From: Candidatus Izemoplasmatales bacterium
GTDB lineage: Bacteria > Bacillota_I > Bacilli_A > Izemoplasmatales > Hujiaoplasmataceae
DNA: 46,465 bases
Assembly (NCBI GenBank): GCA_050177605.1
Contig: JBFXGX010000001.1
Location: forward strand, 1 to 46,465
Reading direction: 5' to 3'
A program made the position numbers and the translations under genes. How positions within the stretch are numbered: position 1 is the first letter of the stretch; each line of letters begins with the position of its first letter. The notes beneath the pieces are model-generated. The model was not told the origin of the DNA and did not search any database. It saw only the letters and a program-made list of their open reading frames with translations. Of this stretch, positions 26,324 through 36,305 are shown one piece after another.

Positions 26324-28030
26324 TTACATTTTTTCTAGCAAACTCATGCCAAGAAGACTCATCCCTGTATTCAACACTTCACGTACCATTTGCAGTACTT
26401 TGAGTTTCGCATTTCTTTCTTTCGTGTCTTCTACATTGATTTTCTCTTTGCCATAGTAGCTATTAAATAAACTTGCAAGGTTAAGTAGATATTTTGCAAG
26501 AATACTTGGCGCATATTCTAATGCGCTCTTTTCAATTATTTCATCAAAAATACTGATTTGTTTTAACATTTCAAAAGCAGTTTCTTCGAGATATACATTA
26601 TAATCAAGATCACGATTATTTGTTCCATCAACTGAATTCAAAATTGATGTGATTCTGACCGATGTATATTGTAAATAAGGACCTGTTTGACCAGAGAAAT
26701 TTGTCATTTCATCCAGGTTAAACTCAAAGTCATTACTACGATAGTTTTTTAAATCGTTAAAGATAATCGCGCTAACGCCGATTTTTTTAGCGATTTCTTC
26801 TTTGTTTTCTAAATTTGGATTTTTTTCCAAAATATGATCGTAACTTAACTCAATTGCTTCATTTAAGACATCTTCAAGCTTTACAATTTTGCCCTTACGA
26901 GTAGACATTTTCTTGCCATCTTGTAAAACAAGCCCAAAATTGACATGGATTACGTTTTCACTAAAGTCATAACCCATTTTATCGATAACTTTTTTTATTT
27001 GTTCGAAATGAAGTTTTTGTTCATTTCCGACAACATATAACATCTTATCGAAAGAATAATTATCTTTTCGGTAAAACAATGCGGCGAGATCACGTGTCAT
27101 ATAGAGCGTCGATCCATCGGTTTTTTGAATTAATGCCGGTGGCATCGTCTCACCTAAATCGACAATCATTGCGCCTTCATCTTCTTTTAGTAATCCTTTG
27201 CTAATGAGTTCATCAATAACTGGTTGCATCAAATCATTATAAAATGCCTCACCATTATACGAATCAAAAGAGACTCCTAAAAGGTCATAAATTTTCATAT
27301 AGTCTTTTAGAGATTCTTCTCTCATCCACGTCCATAGAGCTTGATATGTTGGATTTTTTTGTTCTAATTCTTTAAATATTTTTCTAGCTTCATCTTCTAA
27401 AGCAGGATTTTCTTTCGCAAGTTCATGAAATTCCACATAGAGTTTAACAAGCTCTTCCACTGGATTTTTCTTGACTACTTCAGGATCTCCATAGTTGAGA
27501 TAAGCATAAATTATTTTTCCAAATTGTGTACCAAAATCACCTAAGTGATTAATTCTAACTACTTTATAAGAACATTTTTCAAGTAAATTCCCAATGGCAT
27601 GCCCAATGATTGTCGAACGTAAATGTCCAATTGAGAAAGGTTTCGCAATATTAGGGGAAGAATAGTCCATACAAATTGTCTTTCCTTCTCCTATTAAACT
27701 TGCTGGTTTAGTGCTAGATTCATCAAACATTTGAATGATTTCTTTCGAAATGGATACTTTGTTCAATTTGATATTGATGAAACCACCCATCGCTTCTACA
27801 GCCTCAAAGTGGTTATGGTAAGTAGAATTTTGAATCAAACTAATCACTTCATTAACAACATCTGGCAGAGGTTTTCGGACAACTTTGACGATTTGAAAAA
27901 CAGGTACTGAAATGTCACCTAAAGAAACTTTTTTTGGTTCCTCGACAATCACTTGAATATCAGTTCCATATTTTTCATGTAATTTTAAATCTAATTCTTT
28001 TTTTAACTCACTTTTCACTTTTTCTATCAT
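26324..28030 (-). CDS. argS: Arginine--tRNA ligase
   Basis: DYSSPNIAKPFSIGHLRS, KMSTRKG, GPYLQY. Start moved to ATG 28030 after the GGGGAG RBS. Confidence 0.97.
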   Translation of the reverse strand: MIEKVKSELKKELDLKLHEKYGTDIQVIVEEPKKVSLGDISVPVFQIVKVVRKPLPDVVNEVISLIQNSTYHNHFEAVEAMGGFINIKLNKVSISKEIIQMFDESSTKPASLIGEGKTICMDYSSPNIAKPFSIGHLRSTIIGHAIGNLLEKCSYKVVRINHLGDFGTQFGKIIYAYLNYGDPEVVKKNPVEELVKLYVEFHELAKENPALEDEARKIFKELEQKNPTYQALWTWMREESLKDYMKIYDLLGVSFDSYNGEAFYNDLMQPVIDELISKGLLKEDEGAMIVDLGETMPPALIQKTDGSTLYMTRDLAALFYRKDNYSFDKMLYVVGNEQKLHFEQIKKVIDKMGYDFSENVIHVNFGLVLQDGKKMSTRKGKIVKLEDVLNEAIELSYDHILEKNPNLENKEEIAKKIGVSAIIFNDLKNYRSNDFEFNLDEMTNFSGQTGPYLQYTSVRITSILNSVDGTNNRDLDYNVYLEETAFEMLKQISIFDEIIEKSALEYAPSILAKYLLNLASLFNSYYGKEKINVEDTKERNAKLKVLQMVREVLNTGMSLLGMSLLEKM

Positions 28031-28064
28031 CGTTATCTCCCCTTCACAAAAATAAATTTGGGTA

Positions 28065-28583
28065 TTATAGCCCAAATCTACTTTTCATCATTTTTAAAAT
28101 TTCTGTTTGGGTGTAGTAAAATGTAATTTTATCTTGTGCTAGCTCTGCTAGCTTCAATTCATTCATCTGAATTGCTTCATTGATATCCATCCATTTTGGT
28201 TCTAAACCCATTTCCTCTTCGTGTTCTTCTAAAGAAGCATTGACAAACTCAAGTACTTCTACTAGGTAGTAGTCCGTTAAAATGCGTAATGGTTTTGAAA
28301 GACTTCGTGATTCACGAATTTCTTCAGTGTCACCAATATGCTCTAAAATACGAACTTCTCTAGCACCAACTTCTTCTAGTAGTTCACGATATAATGTATC
28401 TAATTTGGACTCATTGAGGATCATTCCACCCCCAGGAGTACCAACCATTTGATCTTGACGTGAGAACATCAGCAAGATCTTTCCATCATGGATAATTATG
28501 GCACGAACTGCTTCGCGAGTTTGAATTTTTGGAGGGATATCAACAAGTGTATCCGTCACAACCATTAGTGGCATCACAAACAA
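28065..28583 (-). CDS. NUDIX hydrolase
   Basis: Nudix box GGGMILNESKLDTLYRELLEEVG; start may be GTG 28577. Confidence 0.88.
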   Translation of the reverse strand: MFVMPLMVVTDTLVDIPPKIQTREAVRAIIIHDGKILLMFSRQDQMVGTPGGGMILNESKLDTLYRELLEEVGAREVRILEHIGDTEEIRESRSLSKPLRILTDYYLVEVLEFVNASLEEHEEEMGLEPKWMDINEAIQMNELKLAELAQDKITFYYTQTEILKMMKSRFGL

Positions 28584-28639
28584 CTCCTTTTTTCAAAAAT
28601 AGTACAATATCATTGTAGCACATTTTTTAGCTTTTGAGC

Positions 28640-30484
28640 CTATGAAGTTTCATCCGTCGACAACTTCATATACTTTTCGAGAAGCAATTCCAATTTTTCT
28701 CTTGTTTCGTTTATTAAATTTTCAATTTTTGAATACTCCTCTTTAGAGGAATAAACATCACTTGAGAAGAGAAGTTGATGATATTCATCCATTTCTTTTT
28801 CAAGTTTTTCTATTTCCTTCTCAACCAATAATAACTCTTTTTGAATACTTGGCTTTCTTTCTTTTTTCTCTTTTTTTACAACGATTTTCTCTTGTTTATC
28901 CAAAGAAGCAATATACTCATCATAATTGCCATCAAACAAGGTGAATTCACCTGGTTCTAAACGAATTATTTTTGTCGCAACCTTATTGATGAAGTAACGA
29001 TCATGGCTAATGAAGATAATTGGACCGATATACTCAGAAAATATATCCTCGACAATTGTTTTTGTATCAATATCCAAGTGATTGGTCGGTTCATCGAGAA
29101 TAAGTAATTCAGGTTCCTCTAGCATTAATAACAACAGTCGTAGCCTTACTTTCTCGCCACCGCTTAACACATTGATTGTCTTAAATACATCCTCTGCTGT
29201 AAATAATACTTTTGCGAGCAAACCTCGAACTTCTCCACTGGTTTTCATTGGATAGATGTTATGAACGTAATCAAAGAGAGTTAATGTCTCATTCGTAAAT
29301 GCTTGATTTTGGTCGAAATACCCAACTTTTATATTTTTAAGAAATTCTAGTTCACCATTTAAAGAAGGTATCTCATCAATAATCGTTTTTACAAGTGTAG
29401 TTTTTCCCACACCATTGGGACCGATGATAGCGAGTTTTTCATAACCTCTCATTTCAAAATCAATATGGTCAAACAAAGGCATATCATATCCAATTGATAA
29501 ATCTGTCGCTTTGATAATCACAGCGTCAGTTGGCCTTTTACTGTGGAAAGTCATCTTCACATGGCTTTCACTATTTGTCGGCTTATCCAGTCTTTCAATA
29601 CGATTGATTTTTTTAATTCGATCCTGAGCGCTTTTCGCCTTGGTTGCCTTGTATCTAAAACGATCGACAAATGACTGTAAATGCTCAATTTCTTTATTTT
29701 GGCGAAGGTATTGCTTCATTAATAATTCATACCTTTTTACTTTTTCAACTTCATAATCATCAAATTTTCCATAGTAAGTATGTAATGTATCTTGATCCAT
29801 CTCGAAGATTTTATTGACGATTTTATTAATGAAATATTTATCATGTGTGACTACTAACACCGCTCCAGGATAATGTCTAAGATAATCCTCTAACCATTCA
29901 ATAATATCGATATCCATATGATTCGTTGGCTCATCAAGCAATAAAATATCTGGTTTCATAATTAATAATTTCGCAAAAGCAACTCTCGTCTTTTCTCCAC
30001 CAGAGAAGGTTGAAATGTAACGTGTATACTCTTCCTTCGTGAAACCAAATTTAGTGAGAATCATATCGATAAATGTCGGATAGTCATACCCACCTAAATG
30101 ACGATATCTTTCCTCTAAATCAGCGTATCTTTTAATATTATCTTCCGTGGGTTCAGTGATTAAAAGATTCGAAATTTGATGTAGTTTTTCCTCTAATACC
30201 AAAACATCTTTGAAAACCAAATGCATTTCATCAATCAATGTATGATTCTCTTTCGATAACACATCTTGACTTAAATAGCCAATCTTTGTGTCCCCAAAAA
30301 TAAAAATATCCCCAGAATCTGGGGTAATATCTCCTAATATACATTTTATAAGTGTAGACTTCCCAGTGCCATTTCTGCCAATGAGCGCCACTTTATCATC
30401 ATGATTCATTTCAAGTGATACCTTATCAAATAGTAAATTACCGCCAAATGTCTTTTGTAGGTTATTAATTTTAAGTAAATTCAT
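28640..30484 (-). CDS. ABC-F family ATPase (YdiF/YheS/Uup-like)
   Basis: Two NBDs (GRNGTGKS, GPNGVGKT; LDEPTNH twice), no TM segments, C-terminal coiled coil. Start moved to ATG 30484 after GGGGTG. Confidence 0.92.
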   Translation of the reverse strand: MNLLKINNLQKTFGGNLLFDKVSLEMNHDDKVALIGRNGTGKSTLIKCILGDITPDSGDIFIFGDTKIGYLSQDVLSKENHTLIDEMHLVFKDVLVLEEKLHQISNLLITEPTEDNIKRYADLEERYRHLGGYDYPTFIDMILTKFGFTKEEYTRYISTFSGGEKTRVAFAKLLIMKPDILLLDEPTNHMDIDIIEWLEDYLRHYPGAVLVVTHDKYFINKIVNKIFEMDQDTLHTYYGKFDDYEVEKVKRYELLMKQYLRQNKEIEHLQSFVDRFRYKATKAKSAQDRIKKINRIERLDKPTNSESHVKMTFHSKRPTDAVIIKATDLSIGYDMPLFDHIDFEMRGYEKLAIIGPNGVGKTTLVKTIIDEIPSLNGELEFLKNIKVGYFDQNQAFTNETLTLFDYVHNIYPMKTSGEVRGLLAKVLFTAEDVFKTINVLSGGEKVRLRLLLLMLEEPELLILDEPTNHLDIDTKTIVEDIFSEYIGPIIFISHDRYFINKVATKIIRLEPGEFTLFDGNYDEYIASLDKQEKIVVKKEKKERKPSIQKELLLVEKEIEKLEKEMDEYHQLLFSSDVYSSKEEYSKIENLINETREKLELLLEKYMKLSTDETS

Positions 30485-30594
30485 GAATTTCACCCCTTTA
30501 AAGACAATAGACAATATCTTGATGTCCTTGCGATTTCATTTTACCAAAAGTTAATATTCATTTCAACCTTTTTTTTCATCAAAAAAAAAAGAAC

Positions 30595-31110
30595 CTACAA
30601 GGTTCTTTCAAGTGATAACTGATAAAAGTTTAAATGAAGACCCCATAGGTCAACTTGGCCATTTTCTTGAAATCCACATTTTTGTAATACTTTATTTGAA
30701 GCTATGTTTCTTGTATCAGCCAAAGCGATGAGTAGTGGTATGGCTAACTCCTCCGCAAGTTCAATCATCTTCATCGAACATTCTGTCGCATATCCCTCAC
30801 CCCAATACTTAGGTAAAAAGGAATAAAATACTTCTGTTTGATTAAACTCTTTTACATTTTGTAGGCCACATAATCCGATAAACTCAATGGTATCTTTCGT
30901 GATTACACGGTAGATTGCTTGTTTGTTTTGAAGAGAATGTGTGCGGATGAAGTAGTCTAGCGTTTTGGTAATCCGTTCCATCGTAAAAGGAGCTTCTCCT
31001 GGCAAAAACTCACACACCTTTGGATTCTCGTATAGTGTGACTAAATCGTCTAAATCAGAACTTGAAAAAGGAAGAAAATAGAGCCTTTTTGATTCAATTT
31101 TATTTTCCAT
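30595..31110 (-). CDS. GNAT N-acetyltransferase (RimJ/RimL-like)
   Basis: YWGEGYATE, NIASNKVLQKCGF. Confidence 0.9.
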   Translation of the reverse strand: MENKIESKRLYFLPFSSSDLDDLVTLYENPKVCEFLPGEAPFTMERITKTLDYFIRTHSLQNKQAIYRVITKDTIEFIGLCGLQNVKEFNQTEVFYSFLPKYWGEGYATECSMKMIELAEELAIPLLIALADTRNIASNKVLQKCGFQENGQVDLWGLHLNFYQLSLERTL

Positions 31111-31597
31111 ACCTCATTCTCCTTATCAAATAGGTTAACAGTATTATTCCTAAAGACACAATTAATAAAATCCATTTTGTCATCGATGCAATCATTGCGA
31201 CAATGTATAAAGTATCGCTTGCTAGTGGATGAGACAATAATACGATGGAGACACTAATATTCTCTAAAAAATCAAATACGACACCCAAAATCAAAATTTT
31301 CTTAATCAAAGGTTGATATGTCTTTGTCGCAAGTTTTCTTGTTAGCATCCAAAGAAAAGCAAAATAAACAAACGGAAACATCAGATCAAACGTAAGTCTC
31401 GAAAACAAATAAAAGATTGCGCCATTACTTCCATAAATACTCACGATGTCTTTTAAGTCATTCACAGAATAGAATATTGATGTATCAGGCGAAATAGTCG
31501 AACCCGTGACGACATAAGTAAGGTATGTAAATATAGGCGCAATGATGAAGAAGAAAATAAGAAAAAGTTTTGTTATTTTCTTTGATTGTTGGTCCAA
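31100..31597 (-). CDS. Hypothetical membrane protein (4 TM)
   Basis: TTG start after GGAGG; DLMFPFVY and FDFLEN motifs; overlaps the GNAT start. Confidence 0.7.
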   Translation of the reverse strand: MDQQSKKITKLFLIFFFIIAPIFTYLTYVVTGSTISPDTSIFYSVNDLKDIVSIYGSNGAIFYLFSRLTFDLMFPFVYFAFLWMLTRKLATKTYQPLIKKILILGVVFDFLENISVSIVLLSHPLASDTLYIVAMIASMTKWILLIVSLGIILLTYLIRRMRYGK

Positions 31598-31706
31598 ACT
31601 AACGCCTCCTTAATCGTAACAAGATTTTATCAAGAAGTAATCTCCTTTTCAATAGACTATTAAAAAATAAAACAAAAAAAGTCAACCCCGTGGGATTGAC
31701 CTTCAA

Positions 31707-32882
31707 TTATTTTGCTTTTACGCGATTAACCATATTGGCAATTTGAGTTGTAAAATCTGTATCAAATGCAACAAGTGGTCTTCCTGCGAAAGTATTACTT
31801 GTAGCAGGATTGTAAGGATAATCTTGTACCATAGCACTTCTGACAACATCACCTTCAGTAGCGTTAAAAATCATATCATATGTTTCTTGTAAAGTAGTTG
31901 TGTAACCAACAATACTAGAATTTTCATATGCATTCATTGGATCTAAGAAGAAATCGATAAATTGATGTGCTAAATCAACACTTCTAGCGTTGGTAGGTAT
32001 AACCATACCATCATAGAAAGCAATCGTATTTTCTGGAACATAAATACCAATTCCTGCTGTAGCAGCACGAGCTTCTTCGGCAGTTGTAGCATTTTCAGAT
32101 AAAATCAAATAAGTATCGAAGAAATCTCCAACATAAGTGAAAGCATAGTCTAAAATTCCTTCTGCGATATTTTTCTTTAACATATCTGTAGACCATTCTG
32201 TATAACTTTTCATTGAAAGTAATTGTTCAGATAACGTTAAATTCGATGCTGAAGCAACATTTAATGCATTAGGATCCGTGATATCTCCAACTTGATAAGC
32301 ATATAACATCGATAATGAATAGGCAAAACGTGGAACATCATACATACCTACAGTTAAATCTTCAGTAAATGTTGTAGGTTGGTCTTCAAACATTACTGCC
32401 CAATCATTGGCTGAAATGTAATCAGCTAAACCATCTACATTGTTATTATACATAATTCCGAAAACACCCCAGAAGTAAGGAATCGATACTTCGTATGCGC
32501 TCGATACGTCTTCATTGTCTTGGAACATATTACTCATGACTGTGTTCACACCATCTAGGAACGCATCTTGAGAGAAATTTGTTAATTTTGATAAGTCAAT
32601 CTTTTGTAAATAACCTTCATTATATAATTTTTCAATCATATAGTCTGAAGGAATGACGATATCATATGCGGTTGTCTGATTCTTAATCTTTTCTTCCATT
32701 AACTCATTAGAATCAGCTAGTGACATACTCACGTTAACTCCGTATTCATCTTCGAACTTACTAAGTAAGTCTTCGTTGATGTACTCACCCCAGTTTAAAA
32801 CATAAAGCGTAGGCTTGCTCGAACAAGCGAACAATGTTAGACCAGCAAGAACCACAAACAAAACAGAAATCATCTTTTTCAT
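31707..32882 (-). CDS. potD: Spermidine/putrescine ABC transporter substrate-binding lipoprotein
   Basis: Lipobox LFAC, NWGEYI, YDIVIPSDYMI, PYFWG. Confidence 0.92.
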   Translation of the reverse strand: MKKMISVLFVVLAGLTLFACSSKPTLYVLNWGEYINEDLLSKFEDEYGVNVSMSLADSNELMEEKIKNQTTAYDIVIPSDYMIEKLYNEGYLQKIDLSKLTNFSQDAFLDGVNTVMSNMFQDNEDVSSAYEVSIPYFWGVFGIMYNNNVDGLADYISANDWAVMFEDQPTTFTEDLTVGMYDVPRFAYSLSMLYAYQVGDITDPNALNVASASNLTLSEQLLSMKSYTEWSTDMLKKNIAEGILDYAFTYVGDFFDTYLILSENATTAEEARAATAGIGIYVPENTIAFYDGMVIPTNARSVDLAHQFIDFFLDPMNAYENSSIVGYTTTLQETYDMIFNATEGDVVRSAMVQDYPYNPATSNTFAGRPLVAFDTDFTTQIANMVNRVKAK

Positions 32883-32889
32883 TTTAAAT

Positions 32890-33834
32890 TTATACAGCTC
32901 CTTTTATTTTTATATTTTTATTTGATTTAAAACCATGATGGATCACTGTTGAGACTTTCTTTTTCATCATTTTCGCTATATTTGCGAGAATGATTCCACC
33001 CACAACAATCGTAGAGAGTAAGGTATTATAGGCGTATACTGAAGGAGACATTCTTCTTCCAACGCTTGCATATACCCAAATTGAAACATTGTCGAAACCA
33101 TTTCCTGTTGTAAAGTACGAGATGACAAAATCATCTATACTCATCGTAAATGCGATTAACATCCCAGTAAAGATTCCAGATGCAATGGCAGGAATAATGA
33201 CTTTCACCATTCCTTGGAAAGGACGACAACCTAAATCAAGTGCTGCGTCATATAAATTTTCATCTAGTTCAGCAAGTTTTGGCATAATGCTTAAAACAAC
33301 ATAAGGTAAACTAAAGAATATATGCGCTAGTAATAACGTAGGTAAGCCAAAGATGTTTGGCACAATAAATGTAAGTAATTTAAAGATTAACATGAGGGAG
33401 ATACCGGTAACGATATCTGCATTTAAAATTGGAACTTGATTTAAAAATACCATCGTTTGTCTAGCTTTCTTCGTTAAGGAATGAATTCCTATTGCGAAGA
33501 TCGTGCCAAGAATTGTCGATAATATTGTTGATAAGAATGCAACAATTAACGTACGTTGAATCGCTGCACCTAAGATCCCTGGATTGAGTAAGTCAAGTTC
33601 ATAGTATAATTCCACATACCATTTCCAAGAAAATGTTGTGAAATTATAGAAACTATCACTCTCATTGACTGATTGAATGGCAATGATAATAATTGGTAAA
33701 TAGAGTAAGAAAATGACTAGTCCAAAGAAAGTATATTTTAATACCGAAACAGAGATGTTAATCACTTTTCTTGGAATTGGTTTTCTAAAGAATAAAGTAA
33801 TATCTCTTAATAAACCTTTGCTAATTTTTATCAT
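32890..33834 (-). CDS. potC: Spermidine/putrescine ABC permease
   Basis: FLLYLPI, DAALDLG, FTMSIDDFVISYF. Confidence 0.92.
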   Translation of the reverse strand: MIKISKGLLRDITLFFRKPIPRKVINISVSVLKYTFFGLVIFLLYLPIIIIAIQSVNESDSFYNFTTFSWKWYVELYYELDLLNPGILGAAIQRTLIVAFLSTILSTILGTIFAIGIHSLTKKARQTMVFLNQVPILNADIVTGISLMLIFKLLTFIVPNIFGLPTLLLAHIFFSLPYVVLSIMPKLAELDENLYDAALDLGCRPFQGMVKVIIPAIASGIFTGMLIAFTMSIDDFVISYFTTGNGFDNVSIWVYASVGRRMSPSVYAYNTLLSTIVVGGIILANIAKMMKKKVSTVIHHGFKSNKNIKIKGAV

Positions 33835-34670
33835 AGTAATGTCTCACCTTCCTTATCTACCTTTTGAACGACAAACATCGATCCAAAGATAATCAAGATA
33901 ATGACAAGAGACAATACACTACCGAAATTATAACTTCGGTTTATAAAACTCGAATCTATCAAGGTACCGATAAACACAACCTGTCCATTTCCTAAGATTT
34001 TTGGAATCGCAAATCCAGAAAAGCTTGGGAGGAAGACCATAATGACACCAGTCGCAACTCCTTTTAAAGACATTGGGAATGTTACCTTCATAAATGTCTT
34101 ACTAGGATTTGCACCTAAATCCATCGATGCTTCTAAAAGCGATGGTTCTATTTTTTCAAGAACCGTATAGATCGGTAAAATCATAAATGGTAAATAAGTA
34201 AGCACCAACGCAATCGTAATTGAAAGTCCAGTTCCTTTGATATCCCAAACGAAGGACATCCCATAATTACTTAAAAGATCATTAAGAATTGAATCAGGGC
34301 CAAGTAGATTAGCGAGAGCATAACTTCTTAACAGAGAATTAGACCACATTGGTATAATTGTCAAAACTAAAATAACAAGTTTATTTGAAAAATTTGATCT
34401 GGTTAAGATATATGCCATTGGATAGCCAATTAAGAATGCAATCAAAGTCGCAAGCGACGCGTAAATGAATGAATTCTTCAGTGCGACACGAACAGCAAAA
34501 TCAGTAAAGAGCATTCGCCAATTTACAAGCGTTAACTCCCAGTTATTAAATGTTAAAGCTTCTGTTTGAAAAAACGTAAGGAATAACATCATTAATAAAG
34601 GTAATATTACAAGAACAAGAAGCCAAATCATGTAAGGACGAGAATACAGTCCCAACTTCTTAATGTTCAC
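33831..34670 (-). CDS. potB: Spermidine/putrescine ABC permease
   Basis: YLPFMILPIY, LLEASMDLGA. Confidence 0.92.
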   Translation of the reverse strand: MNIKKLGLYSRPYMIWLLVLVILPLLMMLFLTFFQTEALTFNNWELTLVNWRMLFTDFAVRVALKNSFIYASLATLIAFLIGYPMAYILTRSNFSNKLVILVLTIIPMWSNSLLRSYALANLLGPDSILNDLLSNYGMSFVWDIKGTGLSITIALVLTYLPFMILPIYTVLEKIEPSLLEASMDLGANPSKTFMKVTFPMSLKGVATGVIMVFLPSFSGFAIPKILGNGQVVFIGTLIDSSFINRSYNFGSVLSLVIILIIFGSMFVVQKVDKEGETLL

Positions 34671-35709
34671 TGTCAGTAACCTTCATCAGATGGATCTCGT
34701 AAGGATCGACTTTAAGTCCAATTTTATCGCCTACTTTTTTGTTTTCGTAAGTATGAACGACAATTTCTTTTCCGTCAACCATAACACAAAGTTCAAAGTG
34801 AACTCCTTTGAATACAGAACTTGATACTTCGCCTTTAATTTTTGCGCCTCGAGATGGGATGATATCAAAGTCTTCAGGACGAATCACAACATCAACAATC
34901 TCTTTTTCTTCAAACCCTAAGTCTACACATTCAAACTCAGAGCCCATAAAACTCACAAGGTGCTCTTTTAAATAAGTTCCTTCAAAGATATTTGATTCGC
35001 CAATAAAATTCGCTACAAAGCGATTTTTAGGTTCATTGTAAATCCCTGTTGGCGTACCTATTTGTTGAACAACACCATCATTCATAACGACGATTGTATC
35101 GGACATAGTTAAAGCTTCTTCTTGATCATGAGTTACATAGATAAATGTAATCCCAAGTGTGCGTTGCATTTCCTTGAGTTCATATTGCATATTTTGGCGC
35201 AACTTCAAATCAAGTGCAGCTAAAGGTTCGTCAAGTAATAAAATTTTAGGTTTATTGACAATTGCACGAGCAATCGCAATACGTTGTTGTTGACCACCAG
35301 ATAAATTTTGGATTTTTCTTGTAGCCATTTGTGGTAATTTAACTAATTTCAAAGCTTGTTCAACAAGTTCTTTGATTTTTTCTTTATCCATTTTTTGATT
35401 TCGTAAGCCGAACGCAACGTTATCAAATACGTTTAAATGAGGAAATAAAGCATATCGTTGAAAAACAGTATTAATTGGTCTTTCATAAGGTGGTAACTTC
35501 GTCACAACTTCGCCATTAAGGATAATTTCACCTTCGTCAGGCATTTCAAATCCACCAATCATTCTTAGGGTCGTCGTTTTACCACATCCTGAAGGCCCCA
35601 GCAATGTGATGAACTCATTCTCATTAATATATAAATTGAGATTATTAACGACTGCGACATCATCGTATTTCTTTGTTACATTTTTTAGCTCAATCAACTT
35701 TTTTGCCAT
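34660..35709 (-). CDS. potA: Spermidine/putrescine ABC ATPase
   Basis: GPSGCGKT, VFQRYALFPH, LSGGQQQR, VTHDQEEAL. Confidence 0.95.
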   Translation of the reverse strand: MAKKLIELKNVTKKYDDVAVVNNLNLYINENEFITLLGPSGCGKTTTLRMIGGFEMPDEGEIILNGEVVTKLPPYERPINTVFQRYALFPHLNVFDNVAFGLRNQKMDKEKIKELVEQALKLVKLPQMATRKIQNLSGGQQQRIAIARAIVNKPKILLLDEPLAALDLKLRQNMQYELKEMQRTLGITFIYVTHDQEEALTMSDTIVVMNDGVVQQIGTPTGIYNEPKNRFVANFIGESNIFEGTYLKEHLVSFMGSEFECVDLGFEEKEIVDVVIRPEDFDIIPSRGAKIKGEVSSSVFKGVHFELCVMVDGKEIVVHTYENKKVGDKIGLKVDPYEIHLMKVTDSEH

Positions 35710-35891
35710 GGGGTTCTCCTTTGCTTTTTATTTAAAAAAATCAAGCAATATTATATATCTAAATTAACATTATGTAAACTACTTTTTATTATTTTTTTTA
35801 ATCATTTTTTTCATCGTTTTTTTGAAGGCGTTTTCTTAATTTTCCAAAATAAAAAATATCGCTAGATTTAGCGATATTTATTGAAAGTTTT

Positions 35892-36125
35892 CTAATTGAA
35901 AATCGACACGAATCCAAGGAGGAAAAAATAGAGTCCAAAGAGGATTAATAACAACCCTAATATTTTGGAAAAAATGATTTCGTTTTTTCTTGGTTCTTGC
36001 GTTGTTTTATACTTATATTTTTGAATTCCATTGATGACTGCTTTTGGATGGATAAACATACGATATCCCACATATGCGAAAAACAATCCAAAGAGTGCTA
36101 AAACAACTTTCATAAAGATATCCAT
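35892..36125 (-). CDS. Small 2-TM membrane protein
   Basis: GAGGTG RBS, own extended -10 near 36147-36155, own terminator at 35851-35879. Confidence 0.75.
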   Translation of the reverse strand: MDIFMKVVLALFGLFFAYVGYRMFIHPKAVINGIQKYKYKTTQEPRKNEIIFSKILGLLLILFGLYFFLLGFVSIFN

Positions 36126-36305
36126 TCATACTCACCTCACATGAACATTATACCAAAGAAACAAAAAAAACATCATCTTTTTTCGGCAAGCTTTCATAAC
36201 AAAATATAAACAGGAGAGAAAAATTGTTAATGAAAAAGTAAATAGATGATGTTTTTAATAATGATGCTTTAATTATATCTCACACAATGAACGCTTTGGT
36301 GATTT

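Noticed and set aside
28031..28064. T-box leader for argS
   Set aside because: Only about 34 bp lie between the NUDIX stop and the argS start, and there is no T-box consensus.
28640..30594. Antibiotic-resistance ABC-F with an attenuator leader
   Set aside because: The sequence looks like a housekeeping YdiF/Uup-type ABC-F. The leader is short with no convincing terminator, and the 13-codon uORF start overlaps the predicted -10.
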